Assembly: GCF_001194135.2 (NCBI RefSeq)
Contig: NC_068984.1
Span: forward strand, 41,310,044-41,364,478
Direction: 5' to 3'
From: Octopus bimaculoides
Taxonomy: Eukaryota
Length of the DNA: 54,435 nt
The notes under the pieces were generated by a model. The model searched no databases, was not told the DNA's origin, and saw only the letters and a program-made list of their open reading frames with translations. Both the position numbers and the translations under genes were made by a program. Of the stretch, positions 35,531-47,960 are shown one piece after another. Position 1 is the stretch's first letter, and every line of letters starts with the position of its first letter.

Positions 35531-36479
35531 AAGAACGTGTAACTAATAATGTCGAGCATTGATTATCTCCCTTGAAATATTGTTTGTTTATATTTTAATA
35601 CACTTTTTTACTATTGACGGGTAAAGGAACAATTTTTACATATTAGAAGCAAATAAGCAATAAAAATACTTTTTGAATTTGAAATCAATACTAATAAATA
35701 AGTTGTCCAATTAGTTTGATCGAAACAATTATTTAGTATTTCCTTGTTTTATTTTTATCCTATACAAATCGTTGATGAAGCAAAACAAAAAAAAAATCGC
35801 GGTTTAAAAACTCGCTCAGCCAACGTTTCTAAGTAACGTGCATATATTTGTATACCTTAATTTTATTTACTTATTATTATTGTGATCTGTTGCCTTTTTT
35901 TATTTGAGCCAAACATTTCTTGCAGTCGTTACTAAATAAGTAAAGAGGCAGGTTCATTTACTTTTAAATGGTGTCGTAAGTTCGGCGTTATTCTTCAAGT
36001 TTTACTTTGAGAAGCAAGTCAATGTGGGAGCTTCTACGGTCTTTGGAACTGTTAGAAACAGCAGCAAAATCTTCTGCAAATAATACCTATTGCCAATAAA
36101 ATTCAAATTGGTTTATGTAGTCCGAGGTAAATTGTCCGAAAGCTAAGAAGGTCATAACTAGGACGTCTTTGATGATTAGTCTGACCTGAAGTAAAACTGT
36201 ACAAAGCGAGGGTCCACTTTCACCTATATGACTGCAACTATATTGTGAGAATCACAGTTGGTCAAACTGATAATGGCGCATCACCGGCCAAAGGGGTTAT
36301 ATCCTGTCAGCTCTGAAAAAGAGAACAGAAATGACAAGCTAATACAAATACTTAAGGTGTGACTGGGTGGGTGGGTGTATGTGCGTGTGTCTGAGTGCGT
36401 GTGTGTAGGAAATAATATCGAAAAATAAAAGAAAGAATAAATAAAAATAAAATACACGGCAATAGGAGCAAAGAAGAGG

Positions 36480-37280
36480 GTTATAATTCATAGGAGACGC
36501 AGATCAGCTTCTGGGAGATGGCGAGAAGCATTACTGGTAGAAACAACAGGGCAACCATCAATACTGGTAAATTCAGAAACATGGACAAACACCACGAAAA
36601 ACGAAATGGAGCTTATTAGATGTCGCGCAATATCGAACAATGTTAATTGTGTATGAATAACGAAAAGGAGCTCCATACATTGGAATGAATAGTGAAACGA
36701 GAATATAGCTTTACTCCTACATAACTATTTATAATTAAAAAGAAGTTTGTGTATGTACGAGTTAGTTCAGAAGGAAAAAGAATTTTATGGGATAGGTGAA
36801 AGAAGAAAAAGAAGACAATTGGATCGATGAATGAATAGACAAGATAAAAGTTTACATGAGCAAAGAGACAATAAAACAACAGAGCTATTAATACGAAAGA
36901 AAAGAATCGAAGAAGAATTCAAAAAATTGAACATAGAATAAAAGAAGTAAAAGTAATTATTAAACTGAGATTCTTGAGGAATGAGAATTTGGGGAAGTAT
37001 AGTGTATGGACACATAAAGAAATATAAGGTTTGAGATTAAATATAATATACGCCAACGCGAAGAATAAAAATCAATTACGAAATTTAAAATGTACAAAAG
37101 GATGTGACAAAACAGAAACGACAGAATGTCTAATGCAAAAAGATCAGGAAAGTAGTGGGATAAAGCATTAAAGAAAGAGGGAAGTAACAAGATATAAAAG
37201 ACCCAGAATGGCTAAGAAAACAAGAACGATAATCAAAAGAATTGAAGAAGTAGAGAAACATATGTAGAAATGAGGAGAGA
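36480..37280 (+). mobile_element. Possible decayed LINE C-terminal region
   Basis: SILVNSETW motif at ~36559 resembles the LL-x-GSETW motif of non-LTR RT C-termini. Confidence 0.3.
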
Positions 37281-37284
37281 CAAC

Positions 37285-37338
<54 letters not shown>
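37269..37338. repeat. (AG)n microsatellite
   Basis: Directly visible. Confidence 0.95.
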
Positions 37339-37357
<19 letters not shown>

Positions 37358-38019
37358 GCGATGTCAAAATGTTTTGCACGCAAATGAAGTGTACACGAGA
37401 GATAGTGATATGCAGCAATGGAACCACAAACTGTCAATAACTAAGTCATTTAACCTATATGAACCTAAAAATGTAACGCTACAGACAACAGAAAACTTAA
37501 TGCACTTACCGTCATTTCCTTGTAGTTGGTTTACACCTCCTACCAGTTCAGTTCAGATCCGACCATGTTGATAGATTAGAGAAAGGTGATCTCCATCTAA
37601 GTTTAATCATTACAGAAACATTGTAAGTCAATGAAGTATCTGATGACTTCCAATCGATCTAATAAGTTGTAGAAATAGCAATCAGAGCCTCTGCGTGGTA
37701 GCTCAACCTGCTAGAAATAGCAGCCAAATAATCCCTTGGATAACGCAGTCCTAACCGCAAGATGGCTAAGAATGGAATGTTTTAGATTATAGCTCTCATC
37801 AGTCAGGAGTGAACTGGGGCTGAAAATCAACTACATTGATTGTTTTAAATATAGTTCCCATGTAAGTATCTACTTGTGATGGCGATTTGTCGCCAATGAA
37901 ACAATACAGAAGAATGAAGTTGCTGGAAGAGACATTGCTGATTTTTTACATCCTATAGATTCTGTAAATAAAAGCATTCATATCATCTAATAATTGCGTT
38001 AAAATTCGATGATGAGTGC

Positions 38020-40200
38020 AGACACATTCTTACAGTGAATGTATTGGCGTTAACTCCACCAAGGAAAGTCCTAAACCCGACTGCAAAAGGAGGAGGGTGG
38101 TTGCTCTGCCGAAGGTGGTTGCCTGGCCCTGCCGAACAAATATCTTTTCACGCCGAAGACAAGCAATCATGTGGCTGTCTGGAATGTTCGAACTGGTCAC
38201 CACGTCGGACAGAAAGAGATCATCTCCCGGGAACTTATCATGAGTGACGTATCGATCGCGGCATTATCTGAACTGCAACTTACTGGACCGGGAACAATGA
38301 TCATCGACCCGCCTACCCTCGACACAAAGTTGAGGCGCTACTATTCTAGCGATGACAAACGATCAAAACGCACATCATCTCTGCCTATCCTCCGACTGAC
38401 ACCAGCTCAGACCTCGCTAAGGATGACTTCTACGATCAGCTACAACATGTGCTGAACTTAATCTCACAAACGGAAAGGACTATCCTCACTGGCGACCTCA
38501 ATGACCATGTTGGCTTGTGTAGATATGGCTGAGAAACTACTATACGCATCTTCGGACATGGAAAGATCAATGATAATGGCCCCTGCCTTCATTCGCCACA
38601 ACCAGCAATCTGATTGTTTGGAACACTCACTTCCGACCTCCTCAGAAACACCGGCTCACATGGGAAATCTGTCTGGAAAGGACTCAGCGATCCTGGACTA
38701 TGTGCTTATCAATGCTCGGCTCCGATCATCACTCCAGGATATCCGCGCTATGAGAGATCCCGACTGCGGCTCTGACCACTACCTCGTTCGTGCCTGGATT
38801 TGCTTTAAACTTCAACAGGTGAAACGGAAATTGCTGAAAGTGACCAGATTGAATTGGAATCAGCCGAACGATGCCGCCCAACAGCGTGACTTCCAAATTG
38901 CCCTGACCAACCCCTTCGCCTCACTGGCTGGATCCGTCAATGTGGACGATGAGGAGCTTAAAATTTCAGAGACCATTTTTTAATGTGCTAAGCCTCTGTG
39001 CCGCCTAATCAATGCAGGATGCAACCCTGGGTTTCAGATGAGTGCCTCGACCTGGTAGACATATGCAAGAAAGTGAAGCTGGTCGACTTCGACCAATACC
39101 GGCAATTAAATCAAGAAGTCCGTCGGGGGATGAAAGCGGAAAGGGAAGAATACTGGAATAGGATGGCAACCGATCTCGAGGAAGCTGCGTCCAAACACGA
39201 GTAATGAATCTCTATCGCACACTTCGACAGCTGAGTGGAAAGACTAAGTCGACCAACGGTAATATTAGGAAAGCTGATGGTCTGTTTGTGCGATCGCTGG
39301 ATGAGTGCTTTCAGAGTTGAAGAAATTTCTTTGATGAACTCTACAACTACGACCCACCCCAGGGACTGTCGGCAGCTCCATCACCTGTCGACCCTCCCGA
39401 CACCCTGATGACCAATATTGAGCCTACACTAGAGGAAGTGAAGGAAACCGCACGCTTGTTGAAAAATGGGAAGTCTCCTGGCTTGGACCAAGTCACTGCT
39501 GAGGCAATTAAGGTTGGAGGCGTAGTGCTGCTAGAACGACTCCTTGCACTCACACCCATCTAATATGGCTATCATACAGCACACCTTTGAGATGGAAGAA
39601 GGCCATCATCATTCCCATCCATAACAATGCAAAAAGTGCTGTGGTATTAGCCTACTGTCCATCGTTGGAAAGGTCTTTTTGAAGATCATTCATTCGCGGC
39701 TCCAACAACATCGCGAACAGACCAGGAAGGAAGAACAAGCTGGTTTTCGATTTGAGTGTGGATGTTGCAGCCAAAATGCGGTGTCTTCGTCAAATGCTTG
39801 GTGTCCCTCTACATGACCGAATCTCAAACAACAACATCCGAGAGCAATGTCAGTAGCAGCCTTCCATTGAAGACCAAGTCCAGCAGCGCAAACTACAGTG
39901 GTTTGGCCACGTCTGCAATATGAGCACCAGGAGACTTCTACACCAACTGTTGTGGAAGCAGCGACCCGCGTATTAGTGAATCCAGTACTATGGGCAAAAC
40001 AAACTGAAGAAGACCTGAAGTCGCAGTGCCTCGAACTCGAGCATGCTAAGGCCTGTGCCATGGAGTGGAAAACGTGGAATAATATCATCGCTAGAGCCTG
40101 TCATCCAGCGGCACCCACAGTAATATGTATTGGTTGAGTGGACAGCTCCCTTGCTCATCTCCGGTCGCCAGGTGTGATATTCTCTACGGATCTGGCGTTG
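38020..40200 (+). mobile_element. RTE-type LINE with internal deletion of the RT core
   Basis: AP-endonuclease motifs VWNVRT (38171), LDYVLI...GSDHYLV (38501-38983); RT start KSPGLD (~39468) and EQAGFR (~39731) are joined directly to C-terminal CLRQMLG...LQWFGHV. Confidence 0.88.
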
Positions 40201-41084
40201 GCGTTAGTTTTTGTATATAGTGATTAATTAGTGCATGTTCTAGTGTTGTACGTATCTATGTGTGTGTGTGTGTGTATACATACAAACATACAAACATACA
40301 TACACGTGTCCAGTTACATCACCGACGCTAAAGCGTTTTACACATATGTAAATATACATATAGCTGCACTTATACAGTTGTGTTGTAACATAAAGATTTC
40401 TCGTAAAAACATTAGCCCATATTTACTGCTCATAAAATGTTCTGACGGGAAATCTAATTTGTTATATCTGTCGTTTGCAATGCTCACAGCATAAGCAGAA
40501 TAAATTAGAATTATGCAATAGAAGCGGATCTATAATAAAAACTTAATCAATAAAACATACTTAATGTATGTGTGTTGTCTAAACACTAGAATATAATATA
40601 CTTCAGAGTTGGGCAAATGAAATCGCCCAGATGTGATCACCACAGCGACAGATATGTATTTCGCCGTAGTTGCGGCTTGTCTACGTCGCGTAACTAGCAA
40701 ACAGTTTATACAGTATCTGTACATAGTTCAGACTAGCGGATTCAATCATGCTTCGGAATTGACACGAATGTGCGCGCGCGCTTATGTGGTAATATTGCTC
40801 AATATGTTCGCTTTGAAACGAACGTAACACATTAAAGAAATTTGAGGTAAGAAAAATTAATTAGAACGTTACAAAATAACATCTCAAATAGCGAGAGATC
40901 TCCGTCCACCTCAAAATTGTTATCGTTATCTGTTAGTGTTACATAGCATGTACGTAGCTTTAGGTGCTTCGATTGTTTCGCATATCTCAGGATAGATTGA
41001 TTAGTTTCTATGAGAAATTGATAACTGTTTCGTACAGCACTTCTTAGTTGTAAATTTAGCAGTAGAATATATTAATAGTACGAC

Positions 41085-41810
41085 TTAATATGGCCTCACC
41101 ATCAGTCTGAGGAAAACTGAAGTACTGTTCCAGAAACTGCCATGAGCCACATACCGACCAGCGCAAATCATCATGGATGGATACCTCTCAACGCAGTCGA
41201 GCACTTCACCTACCTGGGGAGCGTTATTTCTAATACGCAACCTGTGAAAAAGATGTTGACAACCACATTCTCAAAGCCAACACCGCCTTTGGACGTGTGT
41301 AGGAGCGTGTGTTATAGAACCGTGCACTGCACCTATTCACCATGATCAAAGTCTACAAGGCAGTTGTCATCACGACCATTGAAGCCATACATCCCGACCA
41401 TTGAAGCCATACTGCTGTTCAAACAGCTCAGATGAGATGATCACATTTCACACATGAATAAATCCAGAATACCGAAGGCCGAATCCTGCAACGAGCTCAG
41501 TGGAGACAAAAGAGACAGCAGAGACTCCCCCTCACAGAATGAGGGGGAGTCACAGCACAGAGTGAGGCGGAGGGGGAGTTTGCATCCAGATTGCTGCAAA
41601 CAACTTTGAGGAGGCAAGAGCAACTGCATCGGATGAGAAACGCTTAAGAAGGAGAGAGTTATCGTCATGACCCCCATCTGACCAAAGCTTACATATTTGC
41701 CCCAAGTGCACCAGAACCTGTCGTTGAAGGAGAGGTTTACACAGCCACCTGAAGGCTTGCCGCTCTTCCTCGTTATCTTCGAACACGAAGGACTGTCATC
41801 AGCATCATTT
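41085..41810 (+). mobile_element. Short decayed RTE-BovB-like LINE 3' fragment
   Basis: GLTISLRKTEVL and HFTYLGSVIS motifs; ends GAACACGAAGGACTG-(CAT)n-like. Confidence 0.75.
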
Positions 41811-42448
41811 ATAACAAAAGTGAAATAATGACTGGATAACTTTATTTGTTTGCAATGCTTCAGTATTGCAAATTCTGTATTTCTCAGAAACATCAAGTTC
41901 AAATTTTGTGCAGCGATTACAGCCGAGGAAAATCAAGATGAAACTTCTGCGAGTGATAGCTTTTTAAAACAAAAATGGATTCAAAATCGAACCTCAACCT
42001 TAACATGTGATAAAGCTCCTAAAAGTGTGAAAAGGAAAAGAAGTGCTCTTCCAGATTGTTGGAGTATGAATCAGGCTGGAAGTTTCAAGAGAAAATACGA
42101 TGGGTTACTTGTTATCAACAAGAACCTCGGCTCTAATCGTTGCGCCAGATTTGAGTTCATGCTTCAGTGAAATGCAGAATTTCAATGCTGAAGCATTGCG
42201 AACAAATAAAGTTGTCCATCAAGTATTTCTTAAAAGGAAAAGCAGAGTATATGGGGGAGGTTTTTGTATCCGTATATATATTGGTCCAGTGGTACCAAGC
42301 TTAAAGTTAAGTACTGGGCTCAATGTAACCAACTAAGCCTTTCAAGGTATGACTGCAGTCCAATGACTGAAACAAGTAAGAGAATGAAAGAATATATTTA
42401 TTCATATAAAAAAAAAATATATTTATATATTATTTAATATTATAAATT

Positions 42449-42453
42449 CGGAT

Positions 42454-42543
<90 letters not shown>
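42449..42543. repeat. (GACA)n(GATA)n microsatellite
   Basis: Directly visible. Confidence 0.95.
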
Positions 42544-42544
<1 letters not shown>

Positions 42545-42939
42545 CTTAGATTTACCCACATTAAAACAGTTTTTTAAGTTTGACAGAAATATCGGGTTTC
42601 ATCAGCATGGATTTATTTGCATTTCTCAGAGTAATGTTTCAGCATTTACTGTAGGTAGTTTTCATTATTATTTTTAATTTAATTTTTATTTTGGTGACTT
42701 TAGTCCTTAAATTCAGCCATTCATCTTTGCAGCCATTCATTTTGCAGTCATTCATCTTTGAATGACTATGCATATCCGCATACCATTTAAGGCAAGTCAC
42801 GTGGAGTCCATTTTGTCATACTTAACCCGTTTCAGCAAATTTATAGGACAGTTGCATCTTCCTCACCGCCCTCACCTTCACTTCCAAGTGTAACTTATCC
42901 CTAGTTCATTTAATTGCGTCCATCACAACCTCTTTCGAC

Positions 42940-45780
42940 AAAAAAAAAAAAAAAAAATGCCATTTTCCTCCGGATGAAGGAAAGCGGTGGGTGATCAGCC
43001 TACCTTTCCTGGCCGAAAGAAATTGGTGAGGTGATCTTCACGCTGGATTATAACAAGAACAAGTTCTATTCAGACCTGTGCTGACTCCTACAGGAAACCC
43101 CTGTCGATGATAAGGTCATAATCCTAGGAGATTTCAATGCCAGAGTGAGCCGAGATTCGGAAACCTTGAAAGTAGTCCTCAGAAAACATGCGGTTGGGAA
43201 CTGCAATGACAACAGGCGCCTCTTGCTTGAGGTCTGCACCGAAAATCAGCTCGTCATCATCAATACCATCTTCCAGCAAAGAGACAGTCTGAAAACAATC
43301 TGAATGCATCTGTGGTCCAAACACTGGCACCTCCTTCACTACGTTCTAGTGCGCTAACGAGATCAGTCTGACGTCATGCACACTAGAATGATGCATAGCG
43401 CAGAATATTATATTGACCATCACCTCGTTCGTTGCAACCTCAAACCCCACTTCAAGCCCGAACAAAAAAGAGAGGACTCACCAACAAGAAAATCAAAACT
43501 AGCGGTCTGCAGCTAAACGAAGTGAATGTAAACTTCCACGCAAGCCTACAGGCAAAGTTTGATCAATCCAATTGCCCCTCAGATCCCTCTCCAGGAATCC
43601 TATGAGAACAACTGGAAACCGCCATCCTATAGACCTCTGTAGAAATCCTTGGGTTTACGAAGAAAAAGAACAAGGATTGGTTTGACGAAAACGATGTACT
43701 GATCCAGGAATTACTAAAGAACAATATGTCTGCCTACCAAACATACCTGGCACAACCGTCCTGCCCAGAGAAGAAAGCGGCCTTTCGCCAAGCCTGCTGC
43801 TTTCTGCAGCGCAAACTCCATGAAGTTCAGAATGAGTGGTGGACTAATGTCGCACGGAGAACCCAGCTGAGATATTGGTGACTACGGATGGGTGGGGTTC
43901 TACGAAGCTCTCAAGGCAGTTTACGGCCCAACAAATCAAGTCCGGAGTCCCCTGAGCAGCTCAGACGGCCAGACGCTTCTCACAATCCTCCACATCCAGC
44001 AGCAGCCAGTCAGAATGGAACTAGATGAGGCTCCAACCCTGGAAGAGACCACAGTTGCCATAGGCCGGCTGAAGACTAGAAGAGCAGCAGGAGTCGATGG
44101 CATACCTCCAGAGATATGGAAGCGTAGGGATCCTGTCCTACATGCTAAACTACACGAACTCCTCGTCGCATGTTGGGAACAGGGCAAGCTGCCACGAGAT
44201 CTCTGCAATGCTGTCATCATTACACTGTACAAAAACAAAGGGGAAAAGTCAGACTGCTCAAACTACCAGGGGATTATCTTGCTTTCTATTGCAGAAAACG
44301 TTCTAGCAAGATTACTCCTCAACAGACTTGTTCTGTCCATCGCCGAAAATTATCTCCCAGAAAGCCAATGTGGTTTCAGAGCCAACAGTTGCACAACAGA
44401 TATGGTTTTCGTCCCCAGGTAGCTCCAAGAAAAGTGTCGGGAGCAAAACAAAGCACTTTGTACAACATTTGTCGATCTGACAAAAGCGTTCGACACTGTG
44501 AGCAGAATAGGTCTGTGGCAGATCCTAAACTGACTTGGCTGTCCCTCAAAATTCCTAACCATGATCATCCAGCTTCACGAAGACCAACAAGGACAAGGCC
44601 GCCTGAACAGTAACATATCAGAGCCATTCCCATTAACAACGGCGTAAAGTAGGGCTGTGTCCTGGCACCAACTCTTTTCAGACGTCGACGCTGAAGACGG
44701 CGTTTTCATCAGGTACCCTCTGGATGGCAGTCTTTTCAAGCTCCAGCACCTACAGGCCCATACCAAGATACATGAGCAATTGATCCAGGACCTCCTCTTT
44801 GTAAATGATGCCGCATTTGTCGTGCACACAGAAAGAGCCCTGCAGTGCATCACATCCTGCTTTGTAGAGACCGCCCAGCTCTTCGGGCTGGAAGTAAGCT
44901 TGAAAAAGACTGAAGTCCTACACCAACCAGCTCTTCAGGAAGAGTACAGCCCACTCGCATCACCATTGCCGAAACAGAACTGAAGCCGGTACAGCACTTC
45001 ACTTCCCTTGGATGTATCATCTCATCAAATGCGAGTATCGACAAAGAAATTGACAGCAGACCTGCAAAGGCAAACAAAACATTTGTCAGACTGTACAAGC
45101 GTGTGAGGAACAACAAGCATCTTAAGTTCAGTATAAAAGTCAGTGTCGACAGGGCCGTCGCTCTCACGACGCTTCTATATGGCTCTGAGTCCTGGGTCCC
45201 CAATTGCCATCATCTCAGACTGCTTGAACGTTTTTACCAACGCTGCCTCCATACCATCCTCAACATTTACTGCAACGACTACAAAACCAACACTGAGATC
45301 CTCAAAGCAAAAGTCACCAGCCAGGAAGCCATTTTACTTAAGAGACGACTGCATTGAGGAATGCACGTTGACAGGATGAAAGACAACCGCCTACCTAGGA
45401 TCATCATATACGGTGAGGTCACCATCGGCTACCACAACAGGGTGCAACAAGGAAGCGTTACAAGGACTGCTTGAAGTAGACCCTTAGCATTTGTGACATT
45501 GATTATCGTGAGTGGTCCACTGTAACAGCTGACCGCGTCGCTTGGCGTCATACTGTCAGCAACGCTGTTTCCTCCTTTGAGATCTCTCGTTGTGCCTCTC
45601 TTGAAAACAAACGTCAGAGACGAAAAAACAATACTGTTGCATCATCAGACCTTGAACAACCATATGTCTGTCATCCCTGCAATCGGATATGTCGATCCCG
45701 CATCGACCTTATCAGCCATGAACGAGCGTGCAGACGACGTGGACAACAGCCTTCCTAATCTTCGTCGGTGAAGCCAAGCC
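42940..45780 (+). mobile_element. Near-full-length degenerate RTE-BovB-like LINE
   Basis: EN motif VIILGDFNARV (~43115); RT ORFs 43892-44422 (AAGVDGIPPEIWK, LPESQCGFR), 44657-44983 (DLLFVNDAA, GLEVSLKKTEV), 45103-45357 (LLYGSESW); many stops and frameshifts. Confidence 0.92.
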
Positions 45781-45788
45781 ATGATGCT

Positions 45789-45849
45789 ATGTATGTATGT
45801 ATGTATGTATGTATGTATGTATATGTATGCATGTATGCATGTATGTATG
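45789..45849. repeat. (TATG)n microsatellite at LINE 3' end
   Basis: Directly visible. Confidence 0.9.
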
Positions 45850-46113
45850 AGCCGTTGTGCATACCAACACTGTCGAATTCCCAGAATCTGGAAGCTGGAC
45901 AAAATTATAATTGTAAAGCCCAAAGGAATTAACACCACTCAAACCCATTATCCTTGTATGCACATCCTCAAAAATCTTAGAAAGACGAAGCTGACATCAG
46001 AAACCTATGCAGCTTCCCCAGCACGGATTCAGACTACAACATTCAACTACCACTGCTCACAAATCTGCCGCAGAAAATACATGGCAGAAAAAATAAAGAA
46101 ATAATAAAATTCT

Positions 46114-46306
46114 GTTCTATATTTAAGAGATGAGGAATTATGTACATTATTTACATTATTTACAATTGACGGATATTTGTCCTCATCTTGTTTGTTGTTA
46201 GCACAACGTTTCGGCTGATATACCCTCCAGCCTTCATCAGGTGTCTTGGGGAAATTTCGAACCTGAGTTCTTATTCCTAAGGTATTTTTCGATGTTGTTG
46301 TTGTTG

Positions 46307-46372
<66 letters not shown>

Positions 46373-46562
46373 TCACTGCCTGGAATCGAACTCGAAATCT
46401 CGGGGTTTGTAGCCCGCGCTCTTAACCACTACGCCACTACGCCATATGCCCACGGGCATATGGCGTAGTGGTTAAGAGACGCGGGCTACTAACTCCAAGA
46501 TTCCGAGTTCGATTCCAGGTAGTGACCTGAATAATAATAATATCCGTCAATTGTAAATAATG
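46114..46562 (-). mobile_element. Non-autonomous tRNA-headed, hammerhead-bearing palindromic retroelement (Penelope-like tail)
   Basis: 12-bp TSD TAATAAAATTCT at 46102-46113 and 46563-46574; two back-to-back tRNA-like heads; (TAA)n linker; hammerhead motif. Confidence 0.8.
46200..46245 (-). ncRNA. Minimal type I hammerhead ribozyme motif (Penelope-type)
   Basis: Minus strand GACAC CTGATGA A GGCTG-GAGGGTATAT-CAGCC GAAAC GTT GTGCT: core, 5-bp stem II, palindromic AACGTT in place of stem III, short stem I. Confidence 0.75.
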
Positions 46563-47058
46563 TAATAAAATTCTAGCGAACACTATTATTAACAAAGCTT
46601 TCGACTCCATTCCCCGCTACCAACTCATAGAAAACATACTAACCATCACTTTAGGAAACAACTCAAAACACTGGTCAGCAAACGCCCGCGAAGCCTATGT
46701 AGTACACTAGGATAACTCGCCAAGAACTCATAGTCTTTTTAATGGAGTACTACAGGGGACCTTTTTCTCATCCACTGTTTTCAATCTATACGTACATAAC
46801 CATCCCATACATCCAGGAAATGTATAGAAACCTCATACGCAAATGCACAGCACAACTACTTGAAATCTATTTGTTTAATTCACCAAGAAATCTGACTCCA
46901 CAGCAACAGACTTAAAGTAGCACCCACCAAACCTATGTTTCTTATTACTAGCAACAGTTATTACACTCAACAGCATAAACATACCACTCACACAGAAGAC
47001 AAAAATACTTGTGGTTATATACATCATCACAACATTCATGCAGAAGACATAGCTAGAG

Positions 47059-47092
<34 letters not shown>

Positions 47093-47103
47093 AACACACA
47101 CTG

Positions 47104-47146
<43 letters not shown>

Positions 47147-47399
47147 AACGGTGCAAAGAGATACTTAGCATAACCATGGCATAGACACCCCATTTGGCTA
47201 CCAAAATTAAGTATGAACAATATATTAGATCCATCACAGACTAAGCCACGACTACCTGGTTCCCCAATTTCTCCGTAATAAATTTCAATAAACTATAAAG
47301 GACACAAAATGTAGACCATACCTGCACACTGCCAATACAACGAAACGAAATACTAAAAGTGAAATACCACCTGGACATACGGAAAGTGCAGTTTGTTAT

Positions 47400-47960
47400 T
47401 TTAGCAAGCTTCGGCCTCTACACTGCCTGTCACTTCACGAAAAACCATCCCCAAATGCCCAGTCTCATATATCACGTTCCAGAAAGCAAGTACATCTTAA
47501 AAGTAGGATCTCTCCCCGTCACATGTACGACGAACACAAACATATATAGAGGTAGATGCAACGTCAATAGTCACACTGGCTCCAAACACTGTGCCGGAAT
47601 GTACACTACCAACAATAAATGCTGGGGTGCCGTGTTCATTTTTCTCATCCGACCTTGACCATAAACAGAATCTAAGGGCGTATGGGAATAGACTGGGCAA
47701 TGTATTATGTCCTGGCCATCTCATTGCACCGTTATGATTCATTACTGTTGGAATATTCCTTATGGTCTTCAACAGGTAGAGATGTGGTATAACTAGTAAA
47801 ATGGATCGCGCCATAAGTTTACCTCATCAGGCACTACGCAACACCAACAAGTTGAGTGATCAGTTTATTAGTTTCAGTTCGTGGCTGTTTATGTCAGTTG
47901 CATCTAATTCACCTGAAACTCTCAGTGTTTTAGCAGTTAGGTAGCTTTCAATACCCATTT
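47400..47960 (-). mobile_element. Possible Tc1/mariner-superfamily transposase remnant
   Basis: With one indel the minus strand gives TPLDFCLW, resembling the SPDLTPLDFFLW motif; upstream traces of WCG and GPxF. Confidence 0.35.

Larger units (their letters stand above)
45860..46830 (+). mobile_element. Old non-LTR RT fragment split by the 46114-46562 insertion
   Basis: IPRIWKLDKIIIVKP left of the insertion; KAFDSIP and NGVLQG right of it, in the normal RT motif order. Confidence 0.65.

Noticed and set aside
38040-38165. Possible HDV-like ribozyme at the RTE 5' end, as known for some RTE elements
   Set aside because: I could not fold the P1/P2/P3/P1.1 nested pseudoknot by hand; a covariance-model search would be needed
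46369-46530. Two possible tRNA genes
   Set aside because: A and B boxes are present but there is no proper acceptor stem, and the anticodon positions differ between arms (ACA versus ACT); treated as SINE heads
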